Both the position numbers and the translations under genes were made by a program. DNA of 54,937 bases. It comes from Coniocarpon cinnabarinum. Its lineage: Eukaryota. The stretch is taken from NCBI GenBank assembly GCA_051942205.1, contig JAVECO010000162.1, positions 1 to 54,937 of the forward strand, in the 5' to 3' direction. The notes under the pieces were generated by a model. It made no database searches and was not told the origin of the DNA. It saw only the letters and a list, made by a program, of their open reading frames with translations. Position 1 is the first letter of the stretch. Every line of letters starts with the position of its first letter. Positions 34,599-46,800 of this stretch are shown one piece after another.

Positions 34599-36239
34599 AT
34601 GGCGTCCGCTCCTCAGCGTAGAGCGCAACGACAGCAAACACCCGTGGAGCAAAGCAACCCAACCGGCGACCGCAGCGAATCGCCTTCCTCGAAATCGATA
34701 GACTCGTCCACCCTCTTTCTCAACAATCCCAGCTCTATCAGGACTGATCCTAATTCTGAGCCAAGCTCGCAATCCCCAAACCAACAAGTGGAGTCGACGG
34801 AGCCCCGCAAGTGTTGGATCTGCTTCAGCGATGAGACGGAAGACACTACGCAGAACAAGGATACTTGGAAGACGCCGTGTCCCTGTGCACTCACGGCTCA
34901 TGAATCATGTCTCTTGGATTGGATAGCGGACATTGAAGCGCCGCAAGGAAGTAACTCGGCCAGCCAACACAAAGAGCTCAAATGCCCGCAATGCAAAGCA
35001 GACATTCATCTCGCCAGGCCGCGGAGCTTAGTCGTCGACCTGGTGGGCCGCGCAGAGAAATTTACGGGACGATTATTATTACCGACTGTCTTGGGAGGCG
35101 TCTCATATACCCTCATGATTGCCTGCTCTCACCACGGCGCGTTTGCTATCCGACAAATCTTTGGCCAAGATGACGCCGACGCAATATTGGCCCCATCTCC
35201 GTATGAGTCTGCGGTTGAGCGATCACTCCACACATACGTCCCCTTCATCGCACGGCCGTTCTTCCGTGGCTGGCGGGGTTGGCGAGTCGAGTTTGGCCTG
35301 CCGTTAATCCCCGCAGCACTCATTGCGTCTCGGACTCGTCTCGCCGACGCGGCACTACCTCTTCTGCCTATCATGTTCTTCGCGACACATCCGGAACAAA
35401 ATTCACAAATCCGAGCGAATCTGTGGCCACCAAGCGCAGGACTAACATTAGTGGTATTGCCCTATGTGCGCGGTATCTACAAGGAATGCATGGAGCGGGT
35501 GTGGGGAGAGCGGGAAAAGGCCTGGATGAAAGAAATCCACCCTCGACTTGGCGGAGAGGAACGCACAGACGGTGAGAACGGTGACCATGGTGACGGCAAC
35601 GACGATGAAGAGGGTGATCTGGTGCAGCTGGAGATTGAAATACAAGAAGACGTGGCCGACGAGGAGGCAGATGGTGAACGAGCTGCAACGCCACCGCCAG
35701 ACGTTGCGCGAGATCCAGCGCCGCCCTTAGAGCAGCCGCCCACAGACGGTCAAGAGGATCGTCCTGCGCAAGGAGACAATGCGCAGGCCGGGGAAGAGCA
35801 GAACGAGAACGCAGATAATCCGCAGGGGCAACAGGCGCGGGAAGGCCAACAAGATCAACCAGGCCAAGGCCAAGGTCAAGGACAACAGAACAATGAGCAA
35901 CATCTCCATCACCGCGTCGATCTCAACCTCCTCACATACGCCAAAGACTTCGCCGAGACAACAGTGGGAGCCTTGCTCTTCCCCACGGTGTCCGGCATGA
36001 TGGGCGAAGCGCTACGCTACGCCCTACCCCCCGCCTGGACAGTCGCCCGGACACGACTGGGCCGCCCGGTTCCGAGTGGACTCCTGCAAACGCAATGGGG
36101 GCGGAGCATCGTCGGCGGGTGTCTCTTCGTGGTCATGAAGGACGCCGTGCGCATTTATTGCAAGTGGAAGATGGCGCAGTCGTATCGGCAGAGGAGGGTG
36201 CTCAATTTCGATAAGACGAAGGGGCATGTGGTGGAGTAG
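34599..36239 (+). CDS. RING-CH (MARCH-type, MARCH5-like) membrane E3 ubiquitin ligase
   Basis: C4HC3 pattern CWIC...PCPC...AHESCLLDW...CPQC, followed by TM segments and an acidic/Gln-rich loop; C-terminal WGRSIVGGCLFVVMKD. Confidence 0.9.
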   Translation: MASAPQRRAQRQQTPVEQSNPTGDRSESPSSKSIDSSTLFLNNPSSIRTDPNSEPSSQSPNQQVESTEPRKCWICFSDETEDTTQNKDTWKTPCPCALTAHESCLLDWIADIEAPQGSNSASQHKELKCPQCKADIHLARPRSLVVDLVGRAEKFTGRLLLPTVLGGVSYTLMIACSHHGAFAIRQIFGQDDADAILAPSPYESAVERSLHTYVPFIARPFFRGWRGWRVEFGLPLIPAALIASRTRLADAALPLLPIMFFATHPEQNSQIRANLWPPSAGLTLVVLPYVRGIYKECMERVWGEREKAWMKEIHPRLGGEERTDGENGDHGDGNDDEEGDLVQLEIEIQEDVADEEADGERAATPPPDVARDPAPPLEQPPTDGQEDRPAQGDNAQAGEEQNENADNPQGQQAREGQQDQPGQGQGQGQQNNEQHLHHRVDLNLLTYAKDFAETTVGALLFPTVSGMMGEALRYALPPAWTVARTRLGRPVPSGLLQTQWGRSIVGGCLFVVMKDAVRIYCKWKMAQSYRQRRVLNFDKTKGHVVE

Positions 36240-37110
36240 CTGTTTATCTGATTGATAATGTGGGCTTGATGGTTTGGCTGCTCTCTTCTGAGCGTGTATA
36301 GATCAGGGCGCTGACGAGAGCTTGGCTGAACCATTGCTTCGTATTGATACCAGGGGTAAGGGAGTAATTCGCACTCTGCTCCTTTTCTGAACTCCTCAGG
36401 GGTAAACACACATATCTTCGAAGTCTAATTCAACCAGTAGAGCCACAGGGTTAAGAAAAAAAGCTGGCCAGAATGTTGCTTTCCTCTGAAGCACTGCTCT
36501 GAAGCACCGTGCATCTATCCGTCTGCTCCAGTTTCCATTTCCTCTTGTTCAAACTGACATCGCAGTCATCACATCAAAAAACGGTATTTCTTCTCTCCAA
36601 GGCTGAAAGCCGCAAAAGTGGTAGGTATCTCTCCATTAGCAGAAACAAGTACTGGCGAAACACGAGCAATGAGGAGTAAATACACATATGCACAGTCGTC
36701 ACCGATGCTCGACACTTGAGGCCGCGTGCAATCGACTTAGGCTTCGTTGAGCTTCATCGCGGTTGAGATCATCAAGAAGAGGATAAGAACATGCAAGCAA
36801 CTTCACAGGGAATCAACACTTTTGATATGCTTCATTAACGCGAGGGCGCAAACCCTGCATGTGCAATGGGGCGGTCGAATCCAGCAAGTGTAGTGTCACC
36901 GAGCATGCATCAAGATGAAAGAAACCCTTCGTTTGCATTTTGGCTGATGTCGCTTTGATTCTTGGATCTACGCTTTGTCTATGGTTAATGCCCCGGAGCT
37001 CGCTGTGTCTGGAAGATGACGATCTCTGCTTGCCGCTATACTGCGATTGTGTGATTCATTTGGTGCAATAAAGGTAGCTGCATTGTCGTTTTCTTCAATC
37101 CAACTTTGAT

Positions 37111-37112
<2 letters not shown>

Positions 37113-37145
<33 letters not shown>
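37113..37145. repeat. (AC)16 microsatellite
   Basis: Perfect AC dinucleotide run. Confidence 0.97.
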
Positions 37146-37149
<4 letters not shown>

Positions 37150-37152
37150 GCT

Positions 37153-38104
37153 TTAACAATAGCCGGAAACATAGCAGCGCCAGCAACTTTCTTCAGACTT
37201 GACCCTCTTGTGCCCTCTCAACACACGACTCCCTCCGTTCCAGCATGGACGTCGAACCCAAATTTCGCAATCGATTCGATGGTTCGAAGATGCTGTGGCA
37301 CCATCATTCGTAAAGACCACACTCGATGGGAAGATACCCCTCGGTGAGACGAGGTGGATGCATGGTCTTTTTCGCGCAGTACAGTGGTGGATCTTCACGA
37401 TGGTTCAGAACGTGGTGGCCATCTCCGTCCATGGCAACACTCCCCTGGCGCTTGAAATTGTTAGCCTCTTTCGACCAGCCTGTCTCAGATCCATCACCAC
37501 GGCGCTGCTCAGGCCTCCGATAGTGTCCCGTGAATGCATCGTTGCGTTGATAGACATGGAACAGTTCGGAATTTTTGAACAATTTTTTGTTGGGGTGAAA
37601 TATGCATGTCTTGAACGTGATGTGGTACTGCTCGTCCGGCGTCTTTGAGGAAATGTGGCTCAAGGCCATGACAACGACACAATTGTCGCCCGAGTTGGCA
37701 GTGTCACGCCTGTCTGTGGAATTTCAGGACCGCACACACGCATTGAAGTATCTGATGGAGCCCTATCTTCCGAATCTTCATGTCAAGCTTATCGCTCTCA
37801 TCCTTGACGACATCTTTATCCTGATCCTTTCCCTCCACAATGTCGAAGTAGATGCGTGTTAGAAGAGACTCAACGCTGGAATCTATATCGTAGCAGAACC
37901 GTACCCTCCGGCTAGGCTGTGCTTCCATGTGGCAATGTGGTGGTATGGCAAAAGTTGAGTACGTGAAGACGGTGCTTGAAGGTCTGGTGCGAGGGTCTCT
38001 GGCGTGATGAGAATCTGGAGCAGAACATGTCGTCGCTCTTGGTCAAGAAGCGCAAAGTCGTTCATCGGTGGCGGAGGCAGAGAGGAAGCACACAGTGCCT
38101 CCAT
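37153..38104 (-). pseudogene. Fragmented hypothetical gene, possibly F-box-like
   Basis: Consecutive short ORFs in different frames (MNDFALLDQERRHVLLQILITP; LLTRIYFD..DKLDMKI; GDG-containing segment) separated by stops, without convincing introns. Confidence 0.3.
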
Positions 38105-38252
38105 CAAAGGTATCTGAAGTCTTGTTGAACCCGCACAGTGTCCTTTTCAAAGGCAGATATGACGCTCTAACTTCTCCAGAAAGTGAGCGAGTCCCAATTG
38201 TGTTTAATGCTGCAACAAGACACAATTGTGGCTGGCCATACTCAAACGCATG

Positions 38253-39914
38253 TCACTCCTTCGATGATGCCGGTTCGTTTTCTTCCGGCGTAGGCTGTAC
38301 TTGGTGTGTCAACTCCTTGAGGATCTGGTCAATACGTGGGAGCACATCCGTCATTGAAGGTCGCTGCCTCGGATCCGAGCGCAACAGGTACTGACACAAC
38401 TCCAGCAGACCTTTGTATCGTGTGGATTCATAAGGAACTGTAGGTCGTTGGATTTCAACCCAATCTGCTCCGAAATAGGGGCACTCGAACCGCACCCTTT
38501 TGCTTTCGGATTCTTCCCCCCGCGAGAATTTGCTGCGGTGGAGGTTAGCCCACTCTTCCTCTATATTTCGCCATGCTTTTTCATGAGCTGTGTCCCGCGT
38601 GCTCCCTATCTTCTGGCGAGCTTTGACCACATCTGGCAGTGATTCCCACTCCGTCGGTATGTCGGGATCGATTTTGAGGATCACCTCGTCAGAAGTCCCC
38701 GAGATTGGACAATTGCAGAACCCCCAGGGTATCATGTCAATGCCCATGAGTTCGGCAATCGTAGTGCCAAGCACCCAGACGTCCACCTGTTTTGAGACCT
38801 CGCCGAGAGCGGCATGGGTGTCACCCCAGCGGCGAGCTCTCCACAGCCTCGGGCCCTTCTTCGGCCGCGCCTCCACCCCGTTGTGTTCCTCCCTGTCCAA
38901 AGAAGGTGCGCCGTCCGCTTCGTCCCGAGGGAACATGTCGTACAGGAACTCAGGAGGACGAAAAGCAGCTGGCAGGCCAATATTTGGCCGTTCAGAGGGA
39001 GGAATGTCGAGCGAAAAACTATTGTTGAAATCTATGATGCAGATGCGAGGTTTCTTGGTGTAAGCTTCAAAATTCTTCGCCAAATTCCGCCAATCGCCTG
39101 GCTCAACCAGATATTTCGGCACTCTCGTCAAGGTGTCGGGACCCCAACTTACCAGGGGTGAATCCTCTACGCCGGGAATATGAGGCAATGTTGGGCAGGA
39201 GGCATCCAGGGCAACTACGTGTATAGTCGGTTCGAAAAAGTTCGACCGGAAATTCTTATCATTGATGACATCCTCAACGAGGTAGCCAATGTTGTTGTAG
39301 TACAGGTCACCATGAATGATGTTTTTCGAGTGAAGGTACGCCAAGCCTCTCGCAATCTGTTGGGTGATGTTCAAACAGCGCTCTGGGATTGGGATATCAT
39401 AGGCCCATCGCATTGCTTCTGTGGCTGGCCGAATGAGTGGCATGACTAGAACTTGGTGAATGCCGTTTGGACTTTCGTGCGTGAAGGAGTGGATCAACCG
39501 AATGATATTCTGCTTGCCTGGTTCGTCGTCTTCGCTCGTGCTCCTAGGCGCGTCACCCTCATAAGCTTCATTCGTCAGACCATGCACCCGCTCTAGCATG
39601 AGAGCTTCTTGAGGACCCTCATCGGCGGCCAGTATCTTGAGTGCAACGTACTGAAAGGGGTGCTTTAGCGACGTTTGCTCGGAATCGTAGATATTGTCAC
39701 GTGCAAGCCAGACCGTGGAAGAGCCGCTGTAGGCTATCTTGTATACGATTTGGTAATTCCCGTTTTCAAAGAAATCGCCAAGGTGCACTGGACAAAATCC
39801 GCCCTCCTTGTAAAGGTTGAGGTCCTCGACGTCATGCTGCTCAGGAAGGTATGACCATATTGAGAAGTCGTAGGGCCCGGGCGGCGGGCTACCGTCCGTG
39901 GCACAGGGGCCCAT
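38253..39914 (-). CDS. SRPK-like Ser/Thr protein kinase (expanded fungal SRPK-like clade)
   Basis: YKEGGFCPVHLGD, STVWLARD, YVALKIL, SPNGIHQVLVM, HGDLYYNNI, IIDFN, FRPPE, VDVWVLG and DPRQRPS. Single exon. Confidence 0.88.
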   Translation of the reverse strand: MGPCATDGSPPPGPYDFSIWSYLPEQHDVEDLNLYKEGGFCPVHLGDFFENGNYQIVYKIAYSGSSTVWLARDNIYDSEQTSLKHPFQYVALKILAADEGPQEALMLERVHGLTNEAYEGDAPRSTSEDDEPGKQNIIRLIHSFTHESPNGIHQVLVMPLIRPATEAMRWAYDIPIPERCLNITQQIARGLAYLHSKNIIHGDLYYNNIGYLVEDVINDKNFRSNFFEPTIHVVALDASCPTLPHIPGVEDSPLVSWGPDTLTRVPKYLVEPGDWRNLAKNFEAYTKKPRICIIDFNNSFSLDIPPSERPNIGLPAAFRPPEFLYDMFPRDEADGAPSLDREEHNGVEARPKKGPRLWRARRWGDTHAALGEVSKQVDVWVLGTTIAELMGIDMIPWGFCNCPISGTSDEVILKIDPDIPTEWESLPDVVKARQKIGSTRDTAHEKAWRNIEEEWANLHRSKFSRGEESESKRVRFECPYFGADWVEIQRPTVPYESTRYKGLLELCQYLLRSDPRQRPSMTDVLPRIDQILKELTHQVQPTPEENEPASSKE

Positions 39915-41407
39915 TCCGTTGATTCAAGGGACAACGGGACGCTATGCTTCTGTCGAGCAGTGGTGCCCGTTGAGGTTAGGCCGGACCGAACAAGCAATAG
40001 GGCGAGGGTCACGGACAAGGAAGACACGGCAAACAACTTTAGGTTCTCATGCTATCGAGGCCCACGGGAACCATCATCGAGCTAAGAGCCGCTTTAAACT
40101 CGAACGTTCTCACATACACACCTTTATGTACCTTAGCCGGCCGGCCGGATTCGGAACATCGCGTAGCTTTCATCGATGCTTCTCAGGGCAATGGAGGCTT
40201 TGTTACGTGCACTCCTTTGTGTGCCTTGGCTGACCGAATCCGGAAATGAGCACCATGCTCGGGGCTGATGAGGTGTCAGTGACATTTTGAGACTGCTTTC
40301 AGCGCCGGAAGCTTCTCTTTGCACTCATTCAGTCATTTGAGACCGGGAACAGTGCAGTTGCTGGAGCGCTTTCGCCGTCTGCGGAAAGCAGGAAAGATTT
40401 GGCTTTGGCATTGGCATGGCCCTGCCCTTGTTGCCCTGCGTCTTTCTCATGCGGGTCAAGGGCATCGATTCGCCTCTGGAAGCGTGAGAAAGGGGGCCGC
40501 CTCGGCTGACGTTGGGCCATGCGTGTGGGGTCCCTGATGTAGAACGTTGATTGCTGCTTCGAAGCAGCTCTCTCGATTCTGGGAGCAGGCGGGGTGGAAA
40601 GCGTGAAGGCGTCAAAGCAGAGAGGTCGTCCGCCATCGATGCACGCTATTTGGTGAGACTCCAAGGCTCCAGCTTGCTCGAAGATGTTGACAAGTCACGT
40701 GACATGCATTCCGACGGAGACGGACGGGACTAGGCTGGATTGGGTCGCGTCACGTGCGCAGGCAACCATGCACCTGAGCGGGGCACTGCAATTCGCATTC
40801 GCGTTCGCATTAGCGATTCCAATCCACAAATTCCATTGATCGAGAATTGACGCAAACAGGCGGCGGGCGGCGGTCAGGCCAGGTGCGGGCGCAACGGAGA
40901 GCCTCATCTTGGGCTGTTGAAGGGTGGAGATGCTGCATTTACCTACACACTCCGTCCGTACGCTATGGTATTGGACTGTATTGGACTCCAGTTGGTCGAG
41001 CGCACAAGTCAACAAGCGGGGCTCTGTTTTAATATGCATATGCAGCCTTCAGCATTCCCTCCGGTCGCCTTGCTCTCTCATCCTGACTGCAACCTCTGCA
41101 ACCTCTGCCATCCATCCATCTCCCGACAACATCCCACTCATCCATCATCTGCTCGCCACTCTCGCACCTCTGCTTCGCGGCCTGCTGTGGCGGTGCGACC
41201 CCGTCGCCCAGCACGTGCACATTGCTCTTCCACCTATCCACGCCCACCTTTGACACACCTCCCCCTCCCCCGTCAGGCATCCAGCACAGCTCCATCCCGG
41301 TAGGATCGTCAGTGCCTACTCTGCTTCCATCCCAAAACCCTCCTGACTAGCTCTCGTCGGCCCTCTTCCCTGTCATTCACAACCACTTCACCAAACCATC
41401 CGCGGCC

Positions 41408-42860
41408 ATGGAGTGTCTCGATTTCTTGCGTGAGGCCTCGCAAGGCGACATCACCGTTTACATCGAGCTGGGCGACGAGGTCACCGTGATCAACGGCATC
41501 AGCGCCCAGGCCATAGAGTCGTGTTCCTCACGTCTGCTGAGGCGTTTGTCCATTCGAGACGACAATCCAGCCTTGATCTTCCGGCATCAGGAATCCAAAG
41601 TCTCCGTCATCTCGCTCCTGCGCTTCGCCTACCTCGGCGACTACCGTCTGAGCGAGCGACTCATCGATCAACCATGTTCTCTGCTCTTCCATCTTCAGAT
41701 GTACAAGATCGGCCAGCTCTACTACATCGACGCACTCCAGGAACAGGCCAGGCTTTACTTTCTCTACGAGCTGGAATACGCCTGTTCTGAGGGCCAGATG
41801 GCCATCGACCTCTGCAACGCCGTGCGCTTTCTCTACCTGGAGCTCGACGGTGAAGACGGCTTGCGAGACAGCATGGCGCACTACTGTGTGTCGAATATGG
41901 TGTACCACGGCCTTTGCCAGTATGTCTCCATGAGCTCTGGACTCCAACTTACTAATGAAGCACCGGTGTTGACTGATGTCGTGACAGGTCTGAAGCCTTT
42001 CGCCAGACGATATACGAGTGTCCTGCCTTCCACCAGCTACTTCTTCACACCAATCTGACAGAGGGTTTCACTGCAGATGGGGCCGCCGATCTCATTGCAA
42101 TGCGCACTTGCGACTTCCCTGCCCACCGGAGCTGGAGTTCAGACACCCGTCGTGCAGCCAACTTCTTGTGCCACATGCACACCGCGGATTTCGAACAAAC
42201 GGAGCGAGAGTCGGAGCCATGGGACGAGCCAGTGAGTCGAGGCCATTCCCTTTCTTCGACTGGCATTGTTGAGCTAACTCTGTCTTGCAGTCGCGCTCCA
42301 ACAGTTTCGTGCTCGTAGAGCGGCCTCGCCTGGACCAGCCAGAAAACAGTGACAAGGATGTTCGCACCGTCCGCACGCTCAACGCCATTGCCGACGAGCA
42401 TCGCGCCATGGCGAGTCGCTCTCCTTCACCCGCTCAGCCGGTATTCGCAAGGCGTTTACCACTCCGCCCGACCCCAACATTCAGCAGTGGCGACTTCGAT
42501 GCTTTTGAGTCTACGCTTAGCACCGAGTATCGTTCGGCAGTTTCCCACAATCATGCCAACCACTCGATCGCGCCGCAGGCTTTGTATAGTAACCATGCAG
42601 AGGAACTACGCGACGCGGAGGAATACACGATCCAAGATTCTGAGCTCGACTTGGAGAATGACCAGGACATGGTGGACCCACCGGACGACTGGTTCATGCT
42701 TGAGCCTAGCGACGACGAGAAGCCGCTGTTGCATGCCGCCGTGGATCCAAGCCGCAGCGGTCCCTTGACCATTCGCAATCAGTCGACGCGCCGAGAGAGT
42801 AACGGTAGTGAGTGGGAGGTATTCGAGATCGAGCCCACCACGGTAGCGCAGGCGGATTGA
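41408..42860 (+). CDS. BTB/POZ-like domain protein
   Basis: Exons 41408-41919, 41988-42231 and 42291-42860 join in frame. LLRFAYLGDY..LLFHLQMYKIGQLYYIDALQEQA is the typical fungal BTB C-terminal pattern; acidic tail. Confidence 0.75.
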
Positions 42861-43843
42861 TCAAAACGCATAGACATGACGACTTGTACAACATTGACTA
42901 TGGCTGGATGTGACACGACAGAATGTCATGAAGAAATACATGACCATGACCGAGATGGGGAATGAACACTTAAGACGGACAGCATGGCTTCGGAAGTCTG
43001 CAGTTGAGTAGCCCGGCGATCTGAACGAGGTCGTGTGAGCAGCTGCAGTTGGAAATGTAGAGAGCGGACCTTGAATACAACATCCGTTCAGACCATCTGT
43101 GCCTGTGAGATGCAAAGTCTCTGTCAGAGTTAAGTAGGCCGCTAGACCCCATAATGAAGGCGTTAAGTGTCCGCAGCTACAGGAGCTCACAATCACATCG
43201 ATTACTCTCCGTCTGTGATCCACTGCGCATGGTACCTGTCAACCATCTTGATTTTACCTGACTCAATTCTGTCCCTGCCATGACAATGCCAGCCCAGGTA
43301 TACAGCCTATAAGCCTCGAATGACTGGTTGTCCACGGTCTTTGAGGAGCACAAATCACCGTAATTAGAGCGAGAGTTGCGCTGCTACCAAATTCATACCT
43401 GCTTGTAGCTATGAGCTGCCATACCGGCATTGTCGAAGACGCATCGGAGATTATGTCTGTGCACGTGACCCGCAACGCGCTTGTACCGCTCGGCCGAAGG
43501 TTACAATCTCTCTCAGTGCGAATTATGAGATACGACCATCTCTTCCCATTGATGATGTGCTATTGGATCGCTAGCCGACCAATCGTCTGTGGTCGTGGTT
43601 CAATGTCAGCTTCAGCCACCTTGGAGAAGGCTCGCAACACGTATGGCTGCTTCTAGCTTACGACCATGCGGGGACGATGTCATTCTGCCTTTCGTTCGCC
43701 TTGCCGAAGGCGCAGTCAAATGCGGCCTCCTTGATCCTCGAAATATGCCCCTGCACCCGTGGTCTCACATCTGTTCTTGTTACTGTTCCTTTTCCTGTCC
43801 TTGGATGTTATTAGGTTGGTCGGTTGTCTGAGTTTTGCAATGT

Positions 43844-46800
43844 ATGATGTCGAAAGGCAGGGGCCTTCGTGCTGTGGTTGGAAGATTTTTACGGAGCAGG
43901 GACAAGCGTTCCAAGGCATATGCGACTCCTCAGAATGCAAATAGCCTGAATACTGTCGCGCCGAGCGGCAGCTGGAAGAGCGAGACTAGAGAAGACCAAC
44001 ATCAAGGTGTGGAGGTAAGCTTTGATTTACCGACCCTAGCGGATCTTGTGCGGTCGCCGCCTGCAGGCGCAAACAGCCTGCGAGTGTCATCGCTGCGGCG
44101 CGTAATACCTGCGTCGAGTGATGGGGTACTAATTGTGGAAACCTCAGACCCTAGATCGCACATCACAAAGATGCCCATCAATACAGGAGGAAGATGAACA
44201 CGAGACGCACCTGTGGCTTGTGGCCCAAAATGACGATGAAATCCAGCATGACCCCCGTTGGACTGCGTTTTCTGCCCATTTTCAGATATCAGACGGCACG
44301 CTGCCGCTAGACGAGATTCTGGCATCCTTTCCTCGGCTTGGCGAGGCCGAGAACGGCCGGCTGCACGCTGCCTTCCACAAGTTCGCGTCTGCGCTGCCAG
44401 ACTATAGGGAATCCGGCATGGCTATAGCAGCTGCAGACCCTACCAAAGCAGCGTCCTTTGTGTGGGGATGTGCTCAAGTGGTCGCGACCCTTGCAATAAA
44501 CGCGAACAACACTCGAGACGCAGCACTTAATCATGAAGCAATGCTAGAGATCAAAGACCGCTGCATGAACATTCCTCAACTCTACATATCGCCTCAGACG
44601 TTCGCGACCAAAGTGCGCATCACTATCAAGCGTTGTCTCGTTGGTCTATATGTCAAGATCATCAAATATGTCGTGATTACATGGACCTACTTGCAGAAGT
44701 CGAAAATCACACATGCTATACAAGCCTATGCACCCTCGAGCGCGGTCCGCGACGCGCTTAGGGAAGTTCATCGTGCAGAGAAGGCATTGAAAAAAGCAGT
44801 CAGCGATGCCGACTCACGCGCACTGCTGGACGTTCATTATCGACAGCGCAAACTTTCAATGCGGCTTGAAAGCCTTCTTGCGCCCTTACAGAACGCATTC
44901 CTCAGCATGTCCAGAATTCACGCCACTGTGTCAGCTACCGAGCAGCACAATCTTCTCAAATGGCTATCCAGCGAGCAAGAGGGTATTCGGTACCAGAGTC
45001 TGCTCGATAAGCATATGCCTGGCACTGGAGCTTGGTTCCTCTCGCATGACGACTTCAATTGGTGGCAGCAGTCGAACGCTTCGTGCACACTCTGGTTGGT
45101 GGGACAAAGTAAGTCATGCAGCACCTTATTCAGTTTTTTATGTCGCCCAGCTTACCTTTGGAATGATGCAGTGGGTTCTGGAAAGTCTGATCTGGCGGCG
45201 CAAGCCATCAACAACTTGCGCAATACTCAATATGGACCGATAGCTTACTATTTCTACAATAGCACATTTGCACATGGAATTCAGGAATTCGAAAAGTCTT
45301 CCTGCATCTATCGTTGCCTGCTGAAACAGTTGATGCAGTATGCGCACGAAGAGGCCTGGCAAATTTTGTTCCAAAAGCATGCAGATCGGCAGCTCGACGG
45401 ATCCTCGCTCACGTCTGAGGAAGCTAGACAATGCATCGTGAAGATGTCCGATGTACTAGGAACAATCTCTATCATCATCGATGCCATTGACGAATGCGAC
45501 TGGCAAACGCAGGGAAGTTTTCTTTTCGAACTGAGATCAATGCAAGAATGTGCTCCGGGGAGCATCAAACTCTTAATCACTGGCCGTAACAAGGGAAACC
45601 TCAGAAGATTCATGGACGCTTTTGGCAATTTGCGCATCATGTTCATGCAATCTGAGGCGGATGTCCAACACTACATAACCACGCGCATTCAGCAAGACTT
45701 CGAAAAAGGGTTGCTCTCGGGAGATGCACAACTGTTTGCGTCTCAGTTAAAGCAGATTTTGGTTGGGAAAGCGCGGGGAATGTAAGCGAACTGCACATGG
45801 CAGTCCTGGTCGTCTACTAAGAATCTCTTCTAGGTTCAGGTGGGCTGTTTCAGCATTTGAGGCCCTCGAACGGCCTTACCATGACATGTTAACAATTGTG
45901 GAGCAGGCAAGCCGCCTGCCGCCGACTCTGTTAGAACTCTACCAAGCCATATACGACAAAATCCTTTGCTACGAACCTGATCACTTGGCTGTTGTCAAAC
46001 GCGTTTTACTCTTGAGTCTTTGTCAGCGTGTCAAGTTGACTTGGAAAGAGGTCCTCGATGCCGCTCTGACTTCGGAGAGAGGCAGAACCTCCAAGGATAT
46101 GATGCAAAATTTGCTCGAGTCTTGTGCTGATATCGTCAACGTCGAGCCGGAAACAAATACTCTGTGTTTTACCCACTCCTCCGTCCTTGACTTTTTCGAG
46201 AATCACAAGGATTTCGAAAGCAAGAGATGTCACGCTTACATAGCCACCATGTGTCTCGACTCCATCAAATCGGTGCTAAACCCTCCAAGCTTAGGGACAA
46301 TATCAAGCAGTGGCAAAGAGAAACCCTTTTTCGATTACGCGATTTGTAATGTGGTGAGTCCAGTTGACGCGCTTTCTGCGTGTTTCCGCCTGTCCATAGT
46401 TTGGTATCGGGTGCTCTCAATTGCTCCCTTACGGTGCACTGACGTCGCTGAATGTAGGTATGGCATATCACACGAGGATCATTTGACGGACCGTCTTGGC
46501 ATGAGGCTTTGCGTCTGTTAGACGATCTACAAGTTCTCTGCGAACCCACGGCGGATTTGGTTAATTGGCTTAAGCTTGTTGAAAAGGCCATTCTTGAGAA
46601 ACAATCACAGACTACAACAACACCTTTGATTTCTCCTGCTGTCTCCTGTTCAAAGAGCGTCTGCATTGGTTCTTCTTCAAGTGGCAGCACTGCTTCAAGC
46701 TGGCTTGGCAGACCAGCACGGCAGCCTCTGAAAGTTCTAACGGCTTCAACATTTGTGGAGGAGTCCATTCCCAGTAGCAGTCATACCTTCTGTTGCCGTC

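Noticed and set aside
43844..44300. Amyloid signalling motif (HET-s/PP/sigma type) at the NLR N-terminus
   Set aside because: The N-terminus looks like a helical NACHT_N/Goodbye-like domain; no G/N/Q pseudo-repeat motif or adjacent HeLo-domain partner was seen.
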